Position numbers and translations under genes: made by a program
The notes under the pieces: generated by a model
The model's input: the letters and a program-made list of their open reading frames with translations, nothing else
Database searches by the model: none
What the model was told of the DNA's origin: nothing
Source: Candidatus Bathyarchaeia archaeon
GTDB lineage: Archaea > Thermoproteota > Bathyarchaeia > TCS64
Reading direction: 5' to 3'
Length of the DNA: 64,000 bases
Assembly: GCA_050014495.1 (NCBI GenBank)
Contig: JBEKDF010000005.1
Coordinates: 1 to 64,000 of the forward strand
Shown here: positions 1 to 9,353 of the stretch, piece by piece
Numbering within the stretch: the first letter of the stretch is position 1
Layout of the letters: each line of letters starts with the position of its first letter

Positions 1-1234
1 CGTAAATATCCTTCATAGTCTGTCCATCTGCCTTCGTTATGACGTCCCCCCCAATTGGTGTGTAGACGCCATCAACGATCTGATCATTTGTTCCACCTCT
101 TAGGCCAGCGGTGTTCGCCGGGCTCGGCTTAGAGACAGTTGTAAGAAGAACGCCGTGAGTCCCAGCTGGTAGATTCATGGCGGAGATTATGCCAGGGGTC
201 ACATCTGTTCCTTGGATACCTATGTAAACCTGATCATACTTGCCCGTAGAGATGAGGCTTGGGATTTCTCTTAATATCGTGTTGCTTGGGATGGCAAAGC
301 CTATGCCGGTCGATGTTTGTGAGGGAATGGCAGTATTGATCCCAACGACCTCACCTGTTAGTGTAAGTAGAGGACCACCACTGTTACCGGGGTTTATGGC
401 GGCATCCGTTTGGATGACATCAACTATAGGGTATCCACTAGAGGAATCCATCTCACGACCGGTGGCACTTATGATTCCAGTTGTTAAAGTATCAGCTAAC
501 CCGTACGGATTACCTATTGCGAGTACCTCTTGGCCTACCTTCAACGCGGATGAATTACCTAAGACCAGAGGCTTCAGGAGCGCTGCGGGGGCAGCGACTT
601 GAATTACTGCTATATCAGAGTATGGGTCAGCGCCTACCACCGTTGCAGGTACGATAGTTCCGTTTATGAAGGTGACAGTAATGCTATTCGCCCCATCTAT
701 TACGTGGTCGTTGGTCACGATCCTGCCCTGTGTGTCGTAGATGAAGCCGCTGCCAGTCGCCGTTCCAATGGCAAGAGTTGATTTTATCAGAACGACACTG
801 TCCTTTACCTTTTCATATATCCCAGAGAAATCATTTGTAGTTACGTTAACTGATCCACCAGACCCCTTAGTTAAAGTGCTAATAGCTTGACTCAACTGAG
901 TAATTTGTGAGTTAGAGGCTGTAAGACTGGTGCTTAGCCCCTGAACCGATGAGGTCAGAGAAGACACCTGGTTTGTGAGGTCGCCTATACGATGGCTGCT
1001 GTCTACGAAGATGTAACCCGAGAACCCTAAACTAAGGATCAGGAGGATAACAATACCCCCCAGCAATAAATTACTACCAGCACTCTTGGGTGGTTGTTTC
1101 TCAATTACCTTCACCTCAGGTTGGGGAGATGGTTCTGGTTTAGGTTCAGGCTGTGGTGTTTCGCTTTCCTTTGGTACTATAGGTTGCTCGGAGGGATTCC
1201 CTGTCTGGGTTTCATCACGTTTTTCCTCAGTCAT
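1..1234 (-). CDS. htrA: HtrA/DegP-like trypsin serine protease with PDZ domain, membrane-anchored; 3' end runs off the window
   Basis: Absent from the ORF track because its stop lies outside the window. Manual translation from ATG 1234 (GGTGA upstream): Pro/Glu-rich N-terminus, TM helix, coiled coil, GSGFIYD..GRIVTNDHV, DPYSDIA, IQTDAAINPGNSGGPLL. Confidence 0.9.
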   Translation of the reverse strand, partial: MTEEKRDETQTGNPSEQPIVPKESETPQPEPKPEPSPQPEVKVIEKQPPKSAGSNLLLGGIVILLILSLGFSGYIFVDSSHRIGDLTNQVSSLTSSVQGLSTSLTASNSQITQLSQAISTLTKGSGGSVNVTTNDFSGIYEKVKDSVVLIKSTLAIGTATGSGFIYDTQGRIVTNDHVIDGANSITVTFINGTIVPATVVGADPYSDIAVIQVAAPAALLKPLVLGNSSALKVGQEVLAIGNPYGLADTLTTGIISATGREMDSSSGYPIVDVIQTDAAINPGNSGGPLLTLTGEVVGINTAIPSQTSTGIGFAIPSNTILREIPSLISTGKYDQVYIGIQGTDVTPGIISAMNLPAGTHGVLLTTVSKPSPANTAGLRGGTNDQIVDGVYTPIGGDVITKADGQTMKDIY

Positions 1235-1397
1235 TATACTTCACCATTGAGACTTGATTTTATCTGAACTGATTGATGAGCATGGCTATTCATAAATGAT
1301 TTTTCAAGATTATACCATAATTTCATCAGATTCAAGCGTATGCACTACTTAAAAAGGGGTCCCGTGAACTTTACTTCAAATCGACGTGGATTGACTG

Positions 1398-1721
1398 ATG
1401 GCCCTCTCCAGACGTTCCTTCAAGCAGCTTCTACTCTGGCTGATAGAGGGGTCACGCGGTGGAGTAAATAGAGGTAAGATAATAGAGGCCATCAAAAATG
1501 AGCCACTTAATGCCAACCAACTCTGCAACCTTCTAGGTGTAGATTATCGAACTATCCGACACCACCTAGACGTGTTGGAGAAGAACCACCTCATCGTAGC
1601 CGTCGGGGAGCACTACGGAAAGGTATACTTCCTCAGCCAGGACCTCGAAATGAACTATATGGATTTTGAAGAGATTTGGAATAAAATTGCGAAAAGGTTG
1701 AAAAGCAATGGAAGAAACTGA
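1398..1721 (+). CDS. ArsR-like winged helix-turn-helix transcriptional regulator
   Basis: GSRGGVNR..II..I..EP.NANQL...LGVDYRTIRHHLDVLEKN..I...YGKVYF pattern. Confidence 0.85.
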   Translation: MALSRRSFKQLLLWLIEGSRGGVNRGKIIEAIKNEPLNANQLCNLLGVDYRTIRHHLDVLEKNHLIVAVGEHYGKVYFLSQDLEMNYMDFEEIWNKIAKRLKSNGRN

Positions 1722-2181
1722 GAAAAAGATGCAGAAGACGCCTTGGGCATCCATAGCTATAGTGGGATTACTAGTCATCATAATAATAGTACTAATAGGA
1801 CCATTTAATACGCTCAACTACATCTTCAGTAATCCTAGTAACCGGCTCCTTGAACGTCTCACCCCAGAGCAGCTTGAGGAGATCAGCAACCTACTTGTCT
1901 TCTACATCAAGGGTCGCACTGTACTAGCCCTAATCAACTCTGGTCTCCTCCTCTACCTAATCGTCCTCTACATTGGCATCTACAGAGAGACTAAATCAAA
2001 CTTCAGCCTCTGCCTAGTCCTATTCTCAGCTACACTTTTACTCTACTCCATTACCAGCAATCCTATACTTATATGGCTTAATGGTTTCCAGGAGGCTAAC
2101 ATACTCAACATATTTAATTTCCTACCAGACATATTCACAACACTCGCCTCTGCAATACTGATCTACCTTAGCAGACAATAA
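1708..2181 (+). CDS. Hypothetical membrane protein (about 4 TM helices), overlapping the regulator gene
   Basis: Four hydrophobic segments; 14-nt overlap with the upstream ORF. Confidence 0.75.
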   Translation: MEETEKKMQKTPWASIAIVGLLVIIIIVLIGPFNTLNYIFSNPSNRLLERLTPEQLEEISNLLVFYIKGRTVLALINSGLLLYLIVLYIGIYRETKSNFSLCLVLFSATLLLYSITSNPILIWLNGFQEANILNIFNFLPDIFTTLASAILIYLSRQ

Positions 2182-2313
2182 CCATCGATGTCAACTCGAC
2201 TTTAATGATTTGGAAATCTCATACACATCGAGATTGAGATACTCTCAATGTAGTTCGAGTTTATAAAGGGAAATTAGTAATCCACAAAATAAACTTATAA
2301 CTATGTGAAAAGA

Positions 2314-3468
2314 CTAGCCCTTCCACTTTATCTTGGGCATTATCGCTGCCTTTCTCTCTTCAATTCTGCCTCTATACTTGATCAACTGTGGCATAGTCAA
2401 CCTGAGCTCAGATTCAAGGTCATTAATGGGTTTGAAACCTAGGGCCTGAAGCTTATCATGGTCTGGGTGATAATAATGCTCCTCCTTCTCAATTCGAGGA
2501 TTCTCGACGCTCCATACCTTTGCGTCGATGCCAAACTCACTAGAGACCTTCACAACATGCTTTGCGAGCTCATTAACTGAATAAGTCTCATCGAACTGGT
2601 TGAATACACGATACTCACCATCCTTCGGTGGGTTCTCTGCTGCAAGGGTTAGACATTGGATGCTGTCACGTAAGGCAATATATCCACGTGTCTGCCCCCC
2701 CTTCCCGTAAGGTGTCAGCTCATGACCGATAACCGCTTGGGCGCAGAACCTATTTAGAGCGGTACCCCACGCCTCATCGAAGTCGAAGCGAGTCAAAAGG
2801 TCTTCGTTTACCATCTCCTCAGTGATTATTCCGTGGACGACTCCCTGCATTATATCGGTGCTCTTAAGTCCCCAGATTTTGCAGGCAAACATGATGTTGT
2901 GGCTATCATGAACCTTGCTTAAATGGTACCAGCTACCAGGCTGCCTAGGGAATGGAAGCGTGTCTCTCCTCCCCCTGAACTCGATTTCGAAGAACCCTTC
3001 TGGGATATCTACATTTGGTGTCCCATATTCCCCCATGGTGCCAAGTTTGACGAGATGGCACTCAGGGACATGCTTCTTAATTGCGAAGAGGATATTGTTG
3101 GTTCCAATTATGTTGTTCATCTGGGTGTAGTTACAATGCTCGACGTCGATCATGCTGTATGGTGCTGACGGTATTTCGCCTAGGTGAACTATGCAGTCGG
3201 GCTTCTCTTCCCCAATAACCTTGTCAGTGAAGTCAGTCTTTGTAAGATCTCCCTCATAAAAAACCAGCTTCCTCCTAGTGGCTTTCTGATAAGCATTGAG
3301 CCTCTCAGCCATTGATTTGATTGGAGTGGCGGATTGCGCGTTCAACTCCTCGACGTTTTTCCTCCTACTGAAGTTGTCAACGCCAGAAATGCTATGGCCC
3401 TTGGCACTAAGGTGCATGGCAAGGGGCCATCCTAAATAACCGTCCATACCCATTATCATGACTTTCAT
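2314..3468 (-). CDS. sqdB: UDP-sulfoquinovose synthase (SqdB/Agl3 family, NAD-dependent SDR)
   Basis: GMDGYLGWP, SAPYSMID, HLVKLGTMGEYGTPNVDIPEG, PGSWYHLSKVHDSHN, NPRIEKEEHYY. Confidence 0.92.
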   Translation of the reverse strand: MKVMIMGMDGYLGWPLAMHLSAKGHSISGVDNFSRRKNVEELNAQSATPIKSMAERLNAYQKATRRKLVFYEGDLTKTDFTDKVIGEEKPDCIVHLGEIPSAPYSMIDVEHCNYTQMNNIIGTNNILFAIKKHVPECHLVKLGTMGEYGTPNVDIPEGFFEIEFRGRRDTLPFPRQPGSWYHLSKVHDSHNIMFACKIWGLKSTDIMQGVVHGIITEEMVNEDLLTRFDFDEAWGTALNRFCAQAVIGHELTPYGKGGQTRGYIALRDSIQCLTLAAENPPKDGEYRVFNQFDETYSVNELAKHVVKVSSEFGIDAKVWSVENPRIEKEEHYYHPDHDKLQALGFKPINDLESELRLTMPQLIKYRGRIEERKAAIMPKIKWKG

Positions 3469-3567
3469 TGATTGTAACCACCCACTTCCAACAATAATCG
3501 AATATGTTTGTTTTAAAGATACAGGGCTTAAAAGATGTGAAGTGAGAGTTCACACGCGAAGCTATTA

Positions 3568-3792
3568 TTAATCGATGACCATCATCGTCAGAGTCGATCT
3601 GACATTTTTCAATCGTCTAATCTTATTAGTTATAGCGTCCTTGAGCTTCTCCATATTCTCAGCCTCGAGCCTCACAACGTAGTCATATACACCATATACC
3701 CCATAAAACTCCTTAACCTCTTGAATCTCTTTCAGATCCTTGGTTAGGTCGGACCCCATCTCCGCATTAATCAGGACAAATGCAACGTTCAT
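3568..3792 (-). CDS. Stand-alone Lrp/AsnC ligand-binding (RAM) domain protein
   Basis: AFVLIN.E.G...V.E.YGVYGVYD.VV..E......L...I..KIR.L..V.STLT; ATG 3792 preferred over GTG 3834. Confidence 0.85.
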   Translation of the reverse strand: MNVAFVLINAEMGSDLTKDLKEIQEVKEFYGVYGVYDYVVRLEAENMEKLKDAITNKIRRLKNVRSTLTMMVID

Positions 3793-4049
3793 TGTGCCCA
3801 CTACATTTAGTGTGTTCGAATCCTCCTTTAACACCTTCTAATAGATCTAGAAATGGTAAAAATTGCTAGCTCTTTGGTAATAGAACTTCATGATGTACGG
3901 TCGCACTCGTTCGACGCGGCAAAATGGTAATTTCAGATAAAAACGACATGCGTTCCTCATCATCCCTTGGATACTCGCACGCATTTCTTTTTAAAAAAAT
4001 TATAAATTAATATCATCTTTAAATGGATGCTTATATGAGTTAAATTTTA

Positions 4050-5201
4050 ATGAGAATTGCTATTGCTCTGACAAATCCCAATATCCTTGGTGGTGGAAAT
4101 AAATTTACATCAGATTTATGTCAGATGCTCAAAAAATATGATCACAAACTTGCCCTGTGTTCTTTCGAAAAACCAAATGAACAGAGTTTTGAAGGATTAC
4201 ATGAAGCCGAAAATGTATTTACCCCTTCATTTATTGGGAATCATATTAAAGGAACCGTCTGGAAAACATTACTAACCGCCGGCTCAGCAATTAAAAAATG
4301 TATAAAAGAATTTAACCCTGATCTAATAATTTCTGCAGATCTTGAACCTGGAGCTTTTTTTTCTGTTCCTGATAATATATATAAAATTCATTATTGTCAT
4401 TTTCCAACAGAACTTAAAATTAGAAAAAATACTTATCTATATTTAATATATAGGATACCATATTGGTATCAACATTATAAACAATTATCTAGATTAGATT
4501 ATGTAATATGTAATTCAAATTATACAGAAAAAATTGCTAAGATATTATGGGGTAATTATGTAAAAATGGATACATTTAGAACAATATATCCAACTGTTGA
4601 TATAAATAAATTTAACGTAAAAAAAGAGAAAAAAAATCAATTATGTTATGTTGGAAGAATAGATAGTTTTAAGGGAATAGATTATGTTATCGATTCTTAT
4701 ATTAATTTATATGATGATTATAAATGTGATTTAAAAATTGTGGGAGGAGTATCCAAAAAAATTGAAAGTATTTTATATGCGAATAAAATTACTAAAAGAG
4801 TTGACGAATTAAAGAATAAATCTTATCCAATCGAAATAAAGACTAATGTTTCATATAATGAAATAATTGACACTTTAGTCTCATCAAAAATTTTGTTATC
4901 TTATAATCCAGAAGAACATTTTGGCATTGTGCCTATAGAAGCTCAGGCAGCGGGGTGTGTTCCAATAGTTGCCGATGGAGGGGGACAACAAGAAACTGTT
5001 ATACATAATGTAACAGGATTTAGAATGAGTAATCCAAATGATTTCACAAAATATGTTAAACAACTAATGACAAATAATCTACTTTATCAACAAATGTCGG
5101 AGCAAGGAAAATATTGGGCAAAAAGTTTTTCGATGGAAGAAGTTGGACTTAAATGGAATAATTTATTATTAGAAATTGATGAAAAAAAGAATCAAAGGTA
5201 A
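4050..5201 (+). CDS. Glycosyltransferase family 4 (GT-B)
   Basis: GGG N-terminal loop, YVGRID..KG, EEHFGIVPIEAQAAGCVPIV..GGGQQETV. Confidence 0.9.
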   Translation: MRIAIALTNPNILGGGNKFTSDLCQMLKKYDHKLALCSFEKPNEQSFEGLHEAENVFTPSFIGNHIKGTVWKTLLTAGSAIKKCIKEFNPDLIISADLEPGAFFSVPDNIYKIHYCHFPTELKIRKNTYLYLIYRIPYWYQHYKQLSRLDYVICNSNYTEKIAKILWGNYVKMDTFRTIYPTVDINKFNVKKEKKNQLCYVGRIDSFKGIDYVIDSYINLYDDYKCDLKIVGGVSKKIESILYANKITKRVDELKNKSYPIEIKTNVSYNEIIDTLVSSKILLSYNPEEHFGIVPIEAQAAGCVPIVADGGGQQETVIHNVTGFRMSNPNDFTKYVKQLMTNNLLYQQMSEQGKYWAKSFSMEEVGLKWNNLLLEIDEKKNQR

Positions 5202-5261
5202 TTTATATTATTTTTATTAAGAATATACCTTATTATAATAAATTTTTGAAATAAAAATTAC

Positions 5262-6002
5262 TCACGCAATTAGATAACCATACAAAACAAATGGCCGTAA
5301 TCTGATTATCGAATGTCCAACAACCTGAATAAATGGCATTTTCATTTTTCTACGCATTCTACCCGATACTATTTGTGTTTCTATAGATTTCTTAAATGAA
5401 AACACTCTAAGGTGAATGCATATCACATCCCTTGATAATTTAGACTCATAACCAGCTTTTCTTAGATCTAAATCAAGTTGTGTATCCGGTGTAGGAACAT
5501 CTTTGAATCCCCCAATTTTTAATAATGCTTCTCTTGAAATAACCCGCACTGCCCCCCTGGGTTCTCTTTCTTTTAATCCGAAATCAAATGTTTTTTCCCA
5601 GTAATAATAAAGGTTATTCATAAAAGACGCTGTTTTGTCGGTTATAAGATAAGCACTTATTGAAGCTACTGGAGGAACCAGTTCCTTTCTTAAACGAATG
5701 AAAGAGTTAGATTGACAACAGATATCCGCATCAAAAATACCTAAATAATCACCATTAGAAATTTCATAACCCAATTGAAGGTTTTCAGCATAACTATTCT
5801 CCCATTTTTTTTCAATTTTATTGATTAATATAGCTTCAGGAAAAATATCTTTAATAATTTTTTCAGAATTATCGGTGCACTGATCCAAAATTACTATTAA
5901 GCTAACATCCTCATTTTTTAAGCAACTAAGTGATTTAGGCAAATATTTCTCTTCATTATGAACCGCCATAACAACTGTTAATTTATCTTGATTAGTAATC
6001 AA
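5262..6002 (-). CDS. Glycosyltransferase family 2 (GT-A)
   Basis: VVMAVHNEEKYL..L, ILDQCTDNS, FDAD (DxD), IGGF. Confidence 0.88.
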   Translation of the reverse strand: MITNQDKLTVVMAVHNEEKYLPKSLSCLKNEDVSLIVILDQCTDNSEKIIKDIFPEAILINKIEKKWENSYAENLQLGYEISNGDYLGIFDADICCQSNSFIRLRKELVPPVASISAYLITDKTASFMNNLYYYWEKTFDFGLKEREPRGAVRVISREALLKIGGFKDVPTPDTQLDLDLRKAGYESKLSRDVICIHLRVFSFKKSIETQIVSGRMRRKMKMPFIQVVGHSIIRLRPFVLYGYLIA

Positions 6003-6269
6003 ATTATTTGATCATTTGATTATAATAGGTCATTGAAAAAAGGTTTTGTTATCAACAATCTAAAAATATTAAATTAATTTAAATTTTCATAGGTGGATTC
6101 TTCATAAAAAAAGCGATATGAAGAATTCTTGCATTAATAATTATTATGCGCAAGCGTATAAGCTACGAATTATCTAACTTTTAGAATAAACAGTAATTAT
6201 AATATATAAATATAAACCAGCGTTCAGCTGTCTTTCTGCAATAGGATTCGAGTTACTGGAGTCATCGAA

Positions 6270-7241
6270 TTGGAAAGCGACATAGATGTTGTGTATACAT
6301 GGGTGAATGGAGCCGATCCGAAGTTTCAGGATCGGCTACAGAAATATCTCCCAAAAACTTCAACATCACCAGATCAAGCTATTACAGGTTCCAAAAGATT
6401 CCGAGATAATGATGAGCTCAGATACTCCTTACGGTCACTCGAGACTTACGCCCCGTGGTTTCATAAGGTCTATATCGTAACCAATGGACAGATACCTCAA
6501 TGGTTGGATACTTCGAATAATCGCGTTTCAATTATTACGGATGACATGATATTTCCAGACAACTCCGATCTTCCCACATTTAACTCCACTGCCAACGAAA
6601 TTAATCTACACAGAATACCTAATCTCTCCAAAAAATTCCTCTACCTCTGTGATGATTATTTCTTTGGACGAGCTACTTCTAAAAACGACTTCCTCACTCC
6701 TGAAGGCCAAATTATATACTTCCAACAGATTCAACTGCATTCCAATATGAACGAAGGTTTAGTTCACGATAGAGCCTACGCTTATACTCAAAATCTCGTG
6801 GAAAAACTTTGGAGCAAGAGCCAGCCACGTTTACTGCCCGCTCACTCGCCACAACTCTATGATCGTGATATCATAACTCATCTAGAGCAGATGATCCCTG
6901 ATGAATTCCGAGAAGCATCCTCACACAAATTTCGTGCAGGTAATGATCTCAGTCTGAAGGTACTCTACTCCTTTTTTATGTTAGAACATCCGGAACAAAG
7001 AGATTTAAATGAAGCAAAGACTCTGAAAGACTTTTCTCACGATTACTGCTTTGTCTCGTTGGGCGGTCGCCCTTTGAGGATGCTTTATTTTTTCTGGAAA
7101 ATTAAAATTCTGAGACCAAAATTCTTTTGCATCAATGATGACCTTGGTGACGTACCTGCAAACCACAAAATACTTCTCTATCTTCGCAAATTCTTGCGCT
7201 CCTATTTTCCGCATCCCTCTTCATTTGAGCTGAGTCAGTAA
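6270..7241 (+). CDS. Stealth-family hexose-1-phosphate phosphotransferase
   Basis: CR1 IDVVYTWVNG.D; CR2 RFRDNDELRYSLRSL..YAPW and LPTFNS..NE.NLHRIP.LS..FLYLCDD; CR3 AHSP..HKFR; CR4 FFCINDD..FPHPSSFE. Confidence 0.92.
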   Translation: MESDIDVVYTWVNGADPKFQDRLQKYLPKTSTSPDQAITGSKRFRDNDELRYSLRSLETYAPWFHKVYIVTNGQIPQWLDTSNNRVSIITDDMIFPDNSDLPTFNSTANEINLHRIPNLSKKFLYLCDDYFFGRATSKNDFLTPEGQIIYFQQIQLHSNMNEGLVHDRAYAYTQNLVEKLWSKSQPRLLPAHSPQLYDRDIITHLEQMIPDEFREASSHKFRAGNDLSLKVLYSFFMLEHPEQRDLNEAKTLKDFSHDYCFVSLGGRPLRMLYFFWKIKILRPKFFCINDDLGDVPANHKILLYLRKFLRSYFPHPSSFELSQ

Positions 7242-7436
7242 ACCACTAGTGTCCTTTGAATTTGTTTCTTTTTAATGGAATACGTGCACGGTGGCACAAG
7301 TAGCCCAAACTCTAATTGGTCGACAATATCCTCTCTAGTCTACTAAAAGGAACCGCGTGCGATGGATATATTAAATCTTCATGTGAATGTTCCGAATTGA
7401 TTTTGGTCATATCGTCAACATAATATCCGTTGCTAG

Positions 7437-8531
7437 CTAGCCAAGGATCTTAATTGCCTCATAGAGGCTTTCCTTGATGCTTGATAATGTCTCTTCCTTG
7501 GATATTTGGAGAGCGTCGAGGGTGTTGTACTCGAGGCTAGCGAGTTCTTTGAGTTCCTTCAGCTCGTCCTTAGACATGGCAGCTCCTATATCCTCAAGGT
7601 ATGCGATTTTATTGTTTCTATCCGCGAACATGAAGTCGAAGTGATCGATATCCCACCTATAACCCGGTGCCTTCGCTATATACTCGTTCTCGGAGACATC
7701 ACCAATTGACCTCTTTATCTCAAGTAGCTCTAGCGCTTCGGATGCATTAGCATTAGCCTCTTCGATCTCCTCGACCTCGGTTGAATTCTTCTTGAGAAGT
7801 TCTTCTCGGCGACTCGACCAGATCTTTCCATCCCTCGAGTATTCATCGAAAACTTTAATGAACGTCTCCTCCTTCACGACACCGTCCCTGTAAAGCTTCA
7901 CGAGCTTGAGTTTCAGGGCAATGTTCTTTGCAAGGTTGTCAACTAGATCCTTCGAGAGCGGGTCGGGGACGTATCCCTTGCTCTTTGCCTCTTCCAGGTA
8001 CTCATCCACCATCTCAGCCGCCTCGATCTTTGAATCCTCAACGCCTGCTGATAAGGGCTCCTTTGGGAGATCCGTTGACTCCATCTGTTGCTGTGGCGTT
8101 GAGGGGACCTCGGTCACCGACGGGACAACATTGCCCTGTTTAGGCTCCTCCACTATAATTGGGGTAGGCTCTGGTGCCTTCTCGGCCTCTTTTTTCTCTA
8201 CGTTAAGAGGCTCCGATGCAGAGCCAACTGAGTCTAAGGGTGGAGATGATTCAATGGGCTCAATTGGTTTGACCTCTTGGGTAAGCTCAGGTGCAGCCTC
8301 AGGCTTGGCTTCGGGCTTCGCGACCTCCTCGACCGGCTCGTCTACAACAATAACGGCGTCCTCGTCGGGGGCAACACTGATCTCTTTCATATCGGGCTTC
8401 TCAACCTTTTCCTCCTTTGGTTGCTCCTCCTTGTATAGAGGAAAGCCACAGTTTAGGCAATAAAGTGTTTTAGGCACATCCTCTTTGCAGTTGGGGCAAT
8501 GAACGACCTCGCTAGAAGATCCGCTAGCCAT
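7437..8531 (-). CDS. Zinc-ribbon protein with acidic Pro-rich linker and CdvA-like coiled-coil C-terminus
   Basis: CPNC-x9-CLNCG; long E/P/K-rich region; two segments LY.DG.VKEETF..VFDEY and LEIKRSIGDVSENEY resembling CdvA coiled-coil repeats. Confidence 0.55.
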   Translation of the reverse strand: MASGSSSEVVHCPNCKEDVPKTLYCLNCGFPLYKEEQPKEEKVEKPDMKEISVAPDEDAVIVVDEPVEEVAKPEAKPEAAPELTQEVKPIEPIESSPPLDSVGSASEPLNVEKKEAEKAPEPTPIIVEEPKQGNVVPSVTEVPSTPQQQMESTDLPKEPLSAGVEDSKIEAAEMVDEYLEEAKSKGYVPDPLSKDLVDNLAKNIALKLKLVKLYRDGVVKEETFIKVFDEYSRDGKIWSSRREELLKKNSTEVEEIEEANANASEALELLEIKRSIGDVSENEYIAKAPGYRWDIDHFDFMFADRNNKIAYLEDIGAAMSKDELKELKELASLEYNTLDALQISKEETLSSIKESLYEAIKILG

Positions 8532-8780
8532 TTTCAAACCATCCAGTCGATAACAATCAATTCTCACCTTTCACAGATTTAATCATTTTCAGCCTAAAAA
8601 CAGACTACTATTGCTTGAAAGAGGTCAATATAAGGTAAAAGGTTCAACACCACACCTGATTTCATGCTTCTCTCGTTTTTTTAGCCTAAACCTCTATAAA
8701 ATAAAGAAGATAGCTTAACTGCGATGTGTAAATCTCTCCTCAAAAATGAGCTTCTATGGACCTTGGTTCAATCATTAAAG

Positions 8781-9320
8781 TTAATCGTTTAGGGCATTCC
8801 TATACATTCGATCACGTTTCTCGACAATCCTATCATAATAGATTATAAGTAATCCTGCAGGAATTGCGCTAAGCCCAAGATATACATATGCCCTGAGGCT
8901 GTCGAATGGGGACCAGATTGAGTTTATGGTAAGGGTATAGTTGTTTCTTATGCTTAAAATCGAGACGAAGTACTCCGACTTCATTGTTGTCCTCGCTGAC
9001 GCTGTGAAAGTCTGTTGGGATGGATCAAAGATGTAGTTGATTACTGGTAATGCACCGACAACCGCTGCGCCATCTCTGAACGGGATTATAGTGATTCCCA
9101 GACTGCCCGCGTGACCCCCTCTAAGTGTCACTACTACCTCGGTGTCGTTATCTATTGTTGGCAAAACGAATGTGTCAATCCAATAATTATTGGATTCCGT
9201 TAGATTCACGCTAGGACCAGTTTTAACAAGTGTCTGCGGGAGCTTTACGATTGGAAGAACCGTCGATGAGAAGACCACGAGAATGCCTATTATCGTTAAG
9301 AAGTTTCCAATGATCCTCAA
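8781..9320 (-). CDS. Hypothetical membrane protein (TM helices at both ends, beta-rich middle)
   Basis: Hydrophobic termini; lies at the end of the opp operon. Confidence 0.7.
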   Translation of the reverse strand: MRIIGNFLTIIGILVVFSSTVLPIVKLPQTLVKTGPSVNLTESNNYWIDTFVLPTIDNDTEVVVTLRGGHAGSLGITIIPFRDGAAVVGALPVINYIFDPSQQTFTASARTTMKSEYFVSILSIRNNYTLTINSIWSPFDSLRAYVYLGLSAIPAGLLIIYYDRIVEKRDRMYRNALND

Positions 9321-9353
9321 TCGACGAATAAGTTCTCAACTCCTTTTATTCCA

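Larger units (their letters stand above)
3990..6210. other. Low-GC island carrying two glycosyltransferases
   Basis: Strongly A/T-rich (e.g. 11 G+C in the 60 bases from 4381) against roughly balanced composition in the core operons; boundaries approximate. Confidence 0.8.

Noticed and set aside
240..781. Track ORFs 240..602 and 599..781 on the + strand
   Set aside because: Antisense shadows of the htrA gene on the minus strand.
2233..2249. Inverted repeat ATTGAGA-TAC-TCTCAAT
   Set aside because: Single short palindrome between convergent genes; at most a terminator, with no further support.
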